This document shows, piece by piece, positions 28,501 through 41,700 of a DNA stretch of 64,000 nt. A program made the position numbers and the translations under genes. This DNA is from Lingula anatina (lineage: Eukaryota > Animalia > Brachiopoda). The stretch is taken from positions 6,510,001 to 6,574,000 of the forward strand of contig CM120641.1 of NCBI GenBank assembly GCA_051362555.1. The letters run 5' to 3'. How positions within the stretch are numbered: position 1 is the stretch's first letter; each line of letters starts with the position of its first letter. The notes below the pieces were generated by a model. It was given only the letters and a program-made list of their open reading frames with translations. It did no database searches and was not told the origin of the DNA.

Positions 28501-31500
28501 AAATATTATCAGCAGAAACGCAACATTATACCATAACCCGTCCATTAGGTAAGTGAATATTATAAATGCAATCTATCACATTAGCTCAGATTTTCAAAAA
28601 AAATGATTAAGTTACCAAAGTTCTGTCAATGTATCGTTGATGTTTTATTGCTGATCTATTTACATACATGTAGTTGTGAGAGAACAATTATTTCACATCC
28701 CAAAGGCATACAAGTTTTTTTCTATTGACTAAAAAAAAGAACAGGGTTTATAATTTTCCAAATTATCTCATGTAAGTGTGCAGCCAGCACTCCCTTTAAA
28801 TTGATATTTAGCATTTAAAAAATGAGGATTAAACAGTTAGTTACCCTGTGGTGACATGCTGGCCAGAAAAAAAGACGTTGATAATTATACATGCTGTATG
28901 AGGGAGCAAGACAGTTATGAAAGTTACTCATACTGCCATTTGACTTGGATTGTCTGTAAATACATTTGTAGATGGAGTTGGCCATGTTTGAACCCTGGGT
29001 AATGTTTACTTTGCACACAGAGGGTCATAGCATCAAGTTAATGAGATGGAGAAAACCTTTACCTTAGATCAAAACTTAGACCTCTCAGTGAATGACACTT
29101 TGAAAGGCTTGCTCCTATAACCGTATAGGATTAAGAACTGTTGGCACTTGGATTGTGCTGAATGTTAATAAAGCTGTTGCTAGCATGGGCTGGGTTTAGT
29201 ATTGGTTGCAGAGAGGCGCTTTAGGCCACATACGAGCACTTTTAACACAAGCCAAAGAAAAGAAAGACATGCTGTCCCTGGAGGGAATGCTTATTTAGTC
29301 ATTTGTCATTGATGAAATCCTGAAAATATTTTGGCATTCTCTCCAGTAGTTCTTGGTTGCTGGAAGCAGGTCACTGATTTCAAATGGAATAAACAACAAC
29401 CCATGTCTGAAATATGGGTCGTTCAAGTCTAATTAGAGGGAATGAGATTCCCCCTCAAGGCACAGTCTGGAGGAACCAAATGATAAAATGGCTACTAGAT
29501 TTTTGAATAGGTTAATAATCTTATGTCGTTTTATGCACAGACACTGTTTGTCTATAGATCTAGCCATCATCTGAGTTTGTATGTGTTTGTATTTCTTGCC
29601 TACTGTTTTATTTCAAACTTTAACATGCTTTACTAAACTTCTGTCAGTTAAGGTTATTTCTGTTCTGACATAATTACTTTTATTTCAGAAGTTATCTTTT
29701 TGTCTGTTTATATTTTTTGTTTAAATGTATATTTTCTAGAATGTTACTGTGCATATATACAGATATTGAAAACAGAAAGCCTTGAATGTGTAAATTTCCT
29801 CACTCCTAGTTAGGCAAATTTTGAAAATAGGTCTGATCAGATCAAAATGTCTTTCTCTCTCTCTCTCTCTCTTGTTTACATTTAACATTTTCCTGTCCTA
29901 AGTTTTATAACATGATTAATGGGAACTAAAACAATGGGGTTTTCTTCAGTTTTCATTAAACATTGTTACTTAATAAGTAACTTATATTCTGTGTTTTACG
30001 ACTGTACATATAAATCTGTACTTATTAAATTTTGGGGCACCAACAACACCAACAGGTTTAGATTTCTAGTTTAAGTATCCCATCCAAAACTTGTTGGTGT
30101 AAAACAGAACTTTTAATTTCTTAAGAAAATAAAATACCTATGTAAATACAGGGCGATCAATTACTTTGGTTTCTTTCAAATTCAATAGCCTATTAGCATG
30201 CTGGTTCACCGTTTACTACATTGATGAGCTTTTAACGGCAAACCAGATTTAGCAGTAAATAATCAGGACAACTTCATTTGATGATATCTCTTAGAATATA
30301 CCTGCCTTTAGGTCAGGGCTGGTGACTTGCCAGAGATCATATCTTGAACACAACATGCCTTAAAAACTATTAAGGAGGGGGGTGATGTGGAAATAATCTC
30401 GTGTTGGGTGGGTCATATTAAGGATATAGAGAAAACCGTAGCTTAATCATATTTAATTGTGTTGTTCTGTTACTCAAAAGAAGATGATTAGATTTTGAGT
30501 GATTTGTAAGATTATCTATAAAGCAGAAATCTGTGCATCAACTTTGTTGTAGGCTGGACTTTTCTCACAAGAAAATTTACAATAGTACAGTGTGATTGTA
30601 TTTAGAGTAATTAATGGGAGAAGTATCAAGAAGACTAATCTATTCTCACATTTACTATCTACTAAGGATAAACATGTGGTTGTGACAGGGTTAAGAGATG
30701 AAAATAACTCAGTCAAGGTGACACTAATATGGCTACCGTTTTCTGTGGTCACATGACAAGATGGGGCAGGGACGCCGTAAATCATTCACCACAAAAACTC
30801 GCTGTAGCATGACTTGGTACATATATTCAGAGCTACTAGATTTGTTGTGTGTATAAATAACTGAGTTTTGAGATGTATTCATAAATTCAATAATGTGATG
30901 TGAATCTCAATAGATTCTACCTTTCCAATATTACTCTTTCTCATCTTCTACTTCATTTGCTTATTGAGAAACTTTGTGTGGAGGCATGTAATATGGCTTT
31001 GATACACTAAATTATTTCTCATTAAATAAATCAAAACTGGAGTTCATGGCATGATCTTATAATAATTCTTCTTCCATTTTATTTATTTTATCAGAGACAC
31101 AATTTTTTTCAGTTGTATGTTTCATGAGTATCATAATTTTAAGTTATGTCACCTTGGCATAAGTCCAATAGAGGCTTTGGTTTAGGGGGAGGATGGGGGT
31201 AGCACTTGCCTAATATGCCTACTATTAAGCTTCCCCAACACATTTATTTGCAACACATTTATAACAAATATGTGGAAACTAATATTTCTTTCCCTATGCC
31301 TTCCTGAACAATAAAACACTGATGTAACAGCCATTGATAATTCAGGAATTCACATTATTATTACACAAAATTTTTAATAAAATGATTTCTTTTTTTTGTA
31401 TAGTTTCTATCAATAATGTTTAATGGTATAATATTGTTAAAAGTATTATTACTCTGTTGCTTCCAGGGGGAGAATATTCCCATTTCACATTAAACCTTCT

Positions 31501-34500
31501 CACTGTGGTCCAGAGTGATGCTGGATTGTATGAATGCCAAGTTCAGGGAACTTCAGTGAAGCAAACTGTAACGCTTACTGTCACTGGTGCAGGTAAGTTA
31601 CAATAATGTTACTGAGATTATTTACTGTACGTATCAATCCCTGTTGTTATTTCTGTTCCCTGTCAGCGTTTATTGTTATTATACTTGCTGTCATTTGACC
31701 AGGTAATTAGCTTGGTTTGATTGTTTGTTGTAAAACTTTAACTTTAGGCAGATAAGTTACATTATAGTGATAGTTCCTATTTATTCTTATATTAATGGGG
31801 TTGTCTCTTTTTGTCCCTGCATCATTATTCCCCTGTCACTATATTATATTATTACCTACCCACATTTCTCCCCCTCCCTTCCAGTAATAAAATTATGATA
31901 ATATAATCCATATTGTTACTTCCCTGCATTGACACACACATCTTATCCACAAAGTTCGGGGCTATTTATATACAAACTTTTGCCAAGCATCCTTGTGTTT
32001 TAAAGAGATATTTACCATTTCTGTGGTTATCATTCTTAAACACAAAGAGTCCAGTGTTTGCGCTTGATATATTAAATTAATATGGTATTTTTTCCTTGTC
32101 TGATACATGCAGGCATGCATTGGATGGGTTTCACTGCATAATTTGAAATAACATGGCATCTGGTCTTTTTCCCTTCTGACTTATGCTCAAATGCATACAG
32201 CCATTCATCAAATTTGCAAATATTGGTAACTTTATGTTTTTGCCTACTTGCCTGCAGGCTGATTAAGAAAGAAATAGCACAATGAAGGAGTAAGGTCATG
32301 TCCCTTGGGATTGAAAGCTTGTGTGACTTTGTGATCTTCTCATAAAAATTACATGAACATGAATGCAGATTATGAAGAGAAATCAGAATTAGTACAATGT
32401 CTTAAAATATGTATGGATGTTATGCTGGGATTTTTTTCAGGTATTATGCATTACTTTAAATTTTAACGTCTGTATCTTACAGGAAAACTTAGCAAGCTTT
32501 TTTGGTTTGTTTACACTAATGCTTCATTAGATTTTCTAGTTCTCACTGATTTGTAAATATTTGTTCTGCAGTTGTAATTTTTTATTATTTTTTCTCCTCC
32601 AAGTGACCGTCCCTCGACCAGTAGTCCCTCCACATAACTTCACCTCTTGCTGCACCCAGGCAGGGGTAGCCCCGCCCTGTGGCCAGGCATGTGCCCCCAG
32701 TACTCTGGACACACACAGGTGGAATCCAGCCACAGCTTGTGCAGCTGATATACCAAAAATACTCACTTGTGGAGCAGGTAGGTTTTGTACACTTGTGGAC
32801 AGATGAACGCATATTAATTGAGACACACAGAAACATAGACACACAAGTATTTACACACATACATGTGCACACACATATACGTGCACGCACATGCAGGTGG
32901 TTAGACAGACATTAAATGTGTTAAAGTAAAAAATTGCATATTATATAAAGCTTTATTTTTTATTCTTATTTTGCAAATAGAAATTATAAGTGAGAGGAGG
33001 TGTTCTGTTACTGTCAATATGGTTTAAAAAGGAAGTCCTAAGGTATTATTCAGTATTAATTGTTATTAAACATGGTCTAGTATAATTATGGAACATATAA
33101 CTAGACAAGCACAAAAATGCGCTGATAAAATCCAGCCTGCATCTAGATCCCATTTATGATGAATAACACATTTCAACATAACTGTGTAATTTGAAGGTAG
33201 AATAGGATGACTATCAATGTTATCCACTTAAAATCTCATAAGGAACTCCTATGTGGACTGATATTATAGGCTAAAATTAGAATGGTTGAATACTTATAAT
33301 GATAATTCTTGTGAAGGTGCCGCTTGTATTGAGATGTAACTCATATTGACAAAAATCCTAAGAGGAGACTGTTGGTGCAAGTTGTTTTAAGATTGTTTCA
33401 GAAATCTTCAATGATTTTTTTCAGATTTTTCTTGCTTAAATGAGCACTTCACTGGAAATAACTAGATCAAGGAAGTGAAATGTAAAGATATTAATTTGGA
33501 ATCTGTAACAACATTTCTAATTCCTTTCATTTATTCACATATGAATGCCTCTTGTCTTGGACAAGAAACCCATGTACATGATGGACTCATAATAATTTTC
33601 CCTATGGGCAGTACCTGTCCATTTAATTTTTTCTCTTTGTCCACTGCTACAGCCAAGGATTCATGTAAAAACAAAACCTCCAAGCACATTTCTATTTTAC
33701 CCTTTTGTTACATTGGCACAATATTGTAGATTAGGTTAGTTAAGGTTAGTCAGTGGTGTCCTGATGTTGTACTGACCCTGGAGCATAGAATGACCATTTG
33801 GATTAATATGCTTATTATATACAGAGAAAAAAACTTATCCAGGTTGTATGCTCATTAGGACCCAGGCAACAATTACAGCATTGGTTTGGCCTCCAGCATC
33901 ACTTACTATTGTACATGTACAGGATAATGAGACCACATGGACTTGCACAAACAATATACGTGGGATGTGAACAAATAACGTGCCCTAAGATGTTTTTTTT
34001 TTTTTTTGTCCTTTATTTTGACTTTTTCACAAACCCTTTACGTCACTCTTGCAGAATGATTAACAATATAAATGTTCACTCAATAAAAGCAATGTTGTAA
34101 AGATCGGAATAAAAACTAGAATTCATATGTGTCCATCTTTTCTATTTGAGTGAAGAATGCAAGAAATAGTTTTTGTTGTCCTATATCCAGTTCCTTATCC
34201 TTACGATGCAATGTAACTTCCATGTGATTTTCAATGTTTTTTTTATTGTAAGATAAAAATTATAGAATTGTTTCATTTTTTCTTTATGATTAATCCATCA
34301 CTTCCCAAGTCTTGTGTAGCATGAAACATACATGTATTTGAGGAATTCAAAAAGACAATCATTTTTTTTTTTTAGGTGACAGGAATCATTACCCCTGCTG
34401 CCAAAGGCGCCAACTACCCACCCATTGCTTGCGTCTCTGTGTTGGTGACATCCCTGACTCTCTGGGTGTGGAGTATGCAGACTGTGTTAACAAGTCCATG

Positions 34501-37500
34501 GATATCCTGGCCTGCTATGAGGAAGGTCAAGGTCAGTATGAGATAGGTCAAGGTCAAAATAGAAGGGCAATGTCATGACAGTGCAAAGCCATAAGAGTTA
34601 TCATCTGCAGTAACTGCAGTAACTGATAAATTTTAATAAGTAAAGAAGGAAAATGCCTATATTTTGAAAGATAGTAAACAAACTTTTGAGAGGATGAAAA
34701 TGTATATTTTTATATGATTTATATCTTCATAGCCTTAACTCAGTGTAATTAATTATTCTCTTTCTTTAAAAGCTCTCTTGCCAGGCCCACCCCGCTCAGT
34801 CTCCGCCCTGGGTCTAACTACCAATATCATCCTGGTATCTTGGGAGCCCCCGACACAAATCCCTGATGTTGGGGTGACAGGATACAAAGTCTTCTTCAGG
34901 AAGGCAGGGACCAGCCTTCCTTTTAATAGTGTAAGCTATTTAAATAGTTTATTAATTGAAATTGAAAATGGTCAGTATTTTATTTTTTAACTCGAAGATT
35001 TAGAGTTTCTGCTTTTGTGTTTGAAGGTGGAAAATTATGAGGTTATAATGTGGTGTGTTTTATTTTGCAATGTGAGATGGGTGTTTCATGATAGGTATTA
35101 AGAAAAAAATGATTTGAGTAAAAAATATGTTGTTTTGTTTAATTATAATGTCAAAAACAGTAATGCAATTTATTTTATTTGGTGTTAATTATAATGTCAA
35201 AAACAGTGATGCAATTTATTTTATTTATTTTTCAGAAAGATGATATAAGTAAATGCAGTCATGAGACTGAAACAAATTTGCAAAGCTATGCAATTTAAGT
35301 AAATATGACCCTTTTTTTCAGACTGAAACCTTAAGCTCCAACATGGCCCAACTAATCACAGATCCCTCAAAGAATGTGTACATAGAACCTTACACCCTGT
35401 ACGAGATCTACGTGATAGTGGTCAACCAACATGGGGCCAGCTTACCCTCCTACATTGTGGAAGCAAGATCTTTGCCAAGTAAGTGCACTCATTGACCTGT
35501 AGTTGAGGTCAGATGTGTATGAGCCAAGTTAGTGTACTTAATGACCTGTGGGTGAGGTCATGTAGTCCATGTTGATAGTGCTATAAAAATTGAAACTTTT
35601 ATCAGACTGCTGTCTGTTGAATTGTATTGTAAAGAAATGGTATAAACTGTGTTTTTCTTGAGATTCTCTGTCTAAAATGTTACTTTATCAATATCAAACA
35701 GGTGTTTTAATGATAATACAGAAATTGTGCTTAGTGAACAAAAAAAGTCTGTTAAAGATTTAAGAAGAAATGTGCTGTTGAATTTTATTATATTTTTCGC
35801 TATTTCAGGAATGCCAGAGAGAAGTAATACAACCTCTGTTTCTAGTAAGTTTATGTGTTACTGCTTTACTTATTATCTGATAACTCACGTCTTTTAAGAA
35901 ATCACAACGTCACTTTTTGCATAAATTGGAATTATATCTCTTAACTGCAAGTCCATTACATGCAAAAGACCGTACAAATAATTTGATATTTTCCTTCTTT
36001 TTATGCATCTTAACCATTCGTCTCTTGTAAATTAAAATTTCAGAAAATACCTTGTCAGCACAAAGGTGGTATATGATTATATTCTCACCCCCCTTTATTT
36101 AAAGATTGTTGTCAGTGACAGCACATTCTCACCCAGTGTGTTGTACAAGGTTAACATTTCCCCCTTTCCTTTATAGGTTGCTGTCGAAGACACAATATTT
36201 CCAGCCTGTGTATGCCACTGTGCCAGAACACGGTCAATATCAAACTTTCTACTGTACTCCAGTGTACTGCAGAACTAGGCACAGTGTACTCATGTCTGGC
36301 AGGTTAGTATTAGCTACGCGATATTCACATTGAAAATCATTGGTTATTTTAGGAAAAAGATTGAGCAGCTGGACAGACTGTTTGAAAACTTGAATCTTGC
36401 CAACCGAATTAGGTTCATTTTACTTACATAAAGATTAAAATCTTTTTTTCAAAACAGCCAAGCTACATGTATGCAATTTACCTATATTTATATCCAGACT
36501 GATTTTTAGGAAAATCACGATCAGAAGCTGCTTTGAAAGTCTATTATGTGTGCTGGCTTATCTATTTTATAGAGAGATTAAATAGAACTCTGCTAAAGAA
36601 TGAAGACAACATAAAATGTTCATTTTTCTTCCAGGTGGCCGTAACCACACAGGTTGTTGTGTGGCCAGAGATGTGATTCCAGACTGTTTGTCTTATTGTG
36701 GAGGACAGAATACTGCCGCAAGCTGGTCCCAGCTACAGTGTGCTCTTCAGTTACCACAGATTGAAACTTGCATTATGGAGGGTGGAGGTAATGATACTCT
36801 CATGCTAGGTGTTACACTACTTCATAAAGGAGTTATATAGTCAAGGATCAGTATTATAAGTGTTTGTGCCTCTACAAATTGTGAGAGTTAATTTTTGATT
36901 ACCATAGCAAAACTTTTGGTCAATGTTGCTTAATGGACTCAGTTAATTGGTTCCAAATAAAATTTTCAGTCAAAGTCGTTGTATGCAAAGACCTTGGTTT
37001 TTATTAGCATAACAGCTTCACTGAAAAATGCTTTTAAATTTGCTCTAGCTCTACCTTTGGTTTGCCATGTTATTTTACAGCATTGATCCCAGCCCCACCC
37101 CAGAATATTAGACTCCGATCCGTCTCTAGCAATTCAGCCGAGCTTCAATGGGATGTAGATACTCCAGAAACAGTGAAATATTTCCAGATCTTCCTCAGGA
37201 ACAAGACATCAGGAGGAAATAAAACTGAGGTTGAATATTAGTCTTTGATAAGTGGTTTAATGTAGAAAGGATGGATGTTTGATGAAGTTGCAGAAATTTA
37301 ACCACCAAGCTGTTTGAAGTAGACAGCTTTTTCCACTATAGTGATTTCACATTATTGCTTGGAGAAAAAAACATGTTTCATCTTGTGGTTAATTTATTAC
37401 TGAAATTACTGAACCATTGATCCTGGTTAAATATTAAATGGGAAATATGTATTTTATTCTATGTTTCATAAAAAAAAGGAAAATGTTTTTGAAATAATTT

Positions 37501-38651
37501 TGATTTAAACTTGCAATATATCCCAGAGACAAAGTAAAAGAACATGCTAACCATCAACTTATTCTGCACATTTCAGATCCAAGCTAGTTCGACGGCAAGA
37601 CAGGCTCTTCTCCCTCCCCTGATTCCCAACACCCTGTATGAAGTCTATATGGTCGCCAGGGGGCAGAATGGTTCCAGTATACCCTCCAGTGAACTAGTAT
37701 TTATGACTTACCCACCCCCAGGTAGGTGCTTGATTTCCTTATTTATGAGGTCTTTGACGTAGTTATGGTCATGTCATCAGAACTTGAACTTAGTAACAGA
37801 ATTTTGTGCATTTTTTTTTTCTATTACTAAATGAAAAATGTGACTGGCTTGATTGCTGATTATTGATAAATATTCTTATCTGCATTAATATTGCTATTAA
37901 TATTGAAACCCCTTAGAATTAAATAATAAAACTGTTACACATATTCTCTATCTGGTTACAGAGCCGACAACTCAGACAACAGTGTTGCCTCCCCCACAGC
38001 CTCATAACTGGACAGGTAAGACTGAAGGTGTTAGAAATGTTACCCAAGAAATAATTTAACAAACAAAATGTTTTATACCTTAAATAGTACACACTGAAAG
38101 CCTCTGTTTTGGTATTAAAATTTATGACTTATTTCAATCTAAGGTTAAAAGATCAGTACAATTACATCAAGATTATCTCGGTCTTATGTTTTCATCTTTA
38201 TGTTATATTTGCTATTTATTTATCTGTATTTAGAGTGTTGCATTAAGCGGAATGTGCCCAGTTTCTGTCTACCATTGTGTACCTATGAGTTGCGTAATGA
38301 CATAGAGGTTGGGATGGAGAGCCTGGCAACCTATGCTCTGTGTATCACCCAGCTGACCACCATATTGGCTTGCGGAGCAGGTAAAAGAGTGCTGTTGGTT
38401 TTCTTTGTTGCTTAAAACATTTTTTTGTTCAAGATGGATCTCATTATGTTATGATGTAAATCCTTAAGTTTGCGTACATGTGTGTGTCTGTGTAACAAAA
38501 CTGGTTTGTCTCAAAAATTGTTGAGATTTGTTTTAATTTTTTAAGTTGTATATAAGGAGGATAAGCTAAAGTGGGTTATTTACTATCTTAAACTGTTAAA
38601 TGATAAGAGGAGAAATGATTATTGTAGCCATCACTACCTTATTTCTGATGT

Positions 38652-38716
<65 letters not shown>

Positions 38717-41700
38717 ATTTTTTAAAAATTTTGTTCAGATCAGCGCAACCATCGGCCATGCTGTGAAAACATAGTACTCCAGGAGAGCTGTCAGCCACTG
38801 TGTGCCCTGGGGTATAACCAGAGCTTTTCACTGGAGTGGAGCCATGTCACTTGTATTGTTGACAGCCAGGACATCATCAAGTGCATGAAGCAAGGAGTTG
38901 GTAAGTTTTGCTGGGTTGCAGGACGGAAAGTAGTGATTTACAAGTATTTGTTGATAAGGTCAAAGTGTGTACTACATTCCTGAGTGCTAAGACTTTTTCA
39001 TTAGCATATATATATAGAGAGAGAGAGAGTTTGATTATTTTGAGACCAATTTGTTGCAAGAATTGTTGTTTTTTTTTAGCCTAGAAATCTTCATGGGCAA
39101 AATCTGGTTTCCAAAAGCAAGTTCATGCTCTACATTTTCCCCAAATATACAGGGTTTTAGTTTGTTTGCTTAAAAAAAAAAATCCTCTACTCTTTTTAGA
39201 TTCCTTCCCATCATCCCCCACCAACTTCACAGTGTACAACGTGACCACACACACTGCCTCTCTGGACTGGGATGCTCCTAACAGAACATCATCTGGACAC
39301 AGAGTGGAGTGGTACTCCGTACAGCATAGGAAGGTCACTACAGAACAGCTTGCCTGGAATGAGGTAATCTACTATAGTGTATGGAATGGGGTGGCTTGGA
39401 TGTGATTATCAGATTTTTAACTGTGTGAAGAAAATGATATGATTTTTTTTTTATTTAAAGGCAAGGAGAAAGCCCAGTGGCTATGAGATAAATAGAACAA
39501 ATGAATTGACAAATGCAGCCATGAGAGTTTAGAATTTACGGATTTTTTTATAATGAAGAATATTCGGACATGGCAAGAATCTTGGATCAGTTGCCTTATA
39601 GCAGTCGATATATTTTAGGTGAATACCACAGAGACCAGGTATAATATTCCAAATCTAGAGCCTGATACACAGTATGAGATACAAGTGGTGGCATTCAATC
39701 AGAATGGTTCAAGTTTACCAAGTCCAAAGATTTCCATCTGGACTGCTGCAGAAGGTAAGACCATTTTGTTCTAGTGTGATTGAAGGTAATTATCAATTTG
39801 CTAATATAATACACCTATCAAATCCGTCGTTACTGCTGAAGAAGTCAGTTGAACAACAGAAAATAAAGGCTTATCTTACATAGCATAAATAAATTGAACT
39901 TTTGGATTATTTGAATTGCCTCTCACGTGCCATTTGAAATACATTTGCTGTTTGAGTGATGTAATACTTATTTTTATAGTACCACTAACACCATGTCAGA
40001 ATTAAAGTAAAGATCTATTTACCTATATATTGTATGGTTTTTTTAAGAAGTGCCCACAACACCAGCTCCTAATGGAACATTTGTGAGGAATGACACTGGT
40101 AAGTAGAATATTGTAAGGAAAAAATTGTCACTGACAGAATAAGGTTTTAAAATATTAACAGCACATGCATTAAACTTAAACATTACCTTCATCATTTACA
40201 TATATATATATTTGGTATCACATTTTGAAAAATTATACTTTGATTATATTTACAGAGAAAAGTGTTGCTATGAATTAATAGTGGTGCTCTTCTTTTGTTG
40301 GATTTAATGCTTTAATGATAGAACTGCATAGTTTCAAGAGTTGATTTCAAAGTTATCACATTCTTATTTCAGACTGCTGTGTTAATCTAAACGTGAGTCC
40401 ATCTTGTCAGCCATATTGTTATTTCACACACCCGGATGCCGAGGTGCCTGCTACCTGTGTCAATGATATCCTCAAGGTGTTTGCCTGCAGAGGAAGTAAG
40501 TACTAACAATTCCAATTTTCTTTTCTTTTTTTTTTTTTCTTAGTTCAAGTTATTTTAAAGTATTATGCAAAACAAAAAGGAAAATAACCCAAAGAAGTCT
40601 GATAATCTCAGAGACTTCTTTACCCCTATTTCACCCAGTTTTGTTGTCAAAAATTTTAAAAACTTTGCAAAAAGTTATTATGTTTAATTTTTGCACAATC
40701 AAATTTGACCAGCCTTAGACAATGGTCCTTAAGTCATTTCTAATTTGACATGAGCAATGGAATTGTCACCTTCTATAAATGAAATTATCAATTTGAATGT
40801 TATTTGAATTAAGTTCTAAAAATTCATTTTATTATTCTGCAGAAGACCATCAGAATGAGCCATGTTGCAGGAGGCGGAATGTCCCAGGCATGTGTCTGGG
40901 TGTGTGCCGCGGGGAGGATGTCTCCAGAGGAGGACTGGTGGCAGAACTGGTCTGTCCACTCTATTTTGCTCCAATCATGAGCTGCATTAAAGAAGGCCTT
41001 GGTATGCTGCTTGAACTGCAAACAGATACAATAGTTTCATAGTTGTTTATTTACGTAGAATATCTTTCTCTGTATTGTGGATTCTGCTGTCACATGGTGC
41101 TGATTTATGAGTATCCTCCCCCTATTGTTAAAGTTAATATGATAATATAAAGACAGAATAATATCCAAATTAAGGCTTGTTACTTTAAGCACTGTTCATG
41201 TTTATATGTTTATAAATCTTTGTAGAAAGACTTCAAAAACTTGATTTATCAGGAATAAATTACAAGGACTTACTACATTTTAAAATATAATTATAGTACT
41301 TTAAGAAAAAGTTCGAGTAATCTGATATATGTCATACAATAAATTTGCCTGTTAACCCTTATCTTTCTGCCCTGCAGCATCTTTCCCATCCCCACCGCGG
41401 AGGTTCCGTATCACTTCCCAGGGGCCCACTTTCCTGGAGATGTCCTGGCTGCCTCCACTGATCAACAGTGACAATGCTAGGTATGACCTCTACTATAGGA
41501 GAGCCAGAGAGGATGAGGTGACCAAAATTATGAAAGTAAGTTTCTCAAGGAGCTAGTTTTATTTGTCTTAGATACAGTAATGGCTTTTAGAATCATTTGT
41601 GGTCTCTTTACTGCATAGAACAGAGCTATAGAGTAGCATGCTTTTCAGTTTTGTTGCTACCCCTCAATGGGAATGTTCTAATTTAAGAAATTATGACTGA

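Noticed and set aside
23900-32500. Recurring CAGGTA/TACCTG and AGATAAG motifs in the large first introns as possible enhancers
   Set aside because: Counts by eye are only modestly above expectation for short motifs in AT-rich DNA, and cannot be supported without a statistical test or chromatin data.
34523-34576. AGGTCAAGGTCA repeats around a splice donor as a nuclear receptor element or Helitron-type relic
   Set aside because: Partly dictated by coding sequence (EGQ/donor) plus a short local duplication; no element ends visible.
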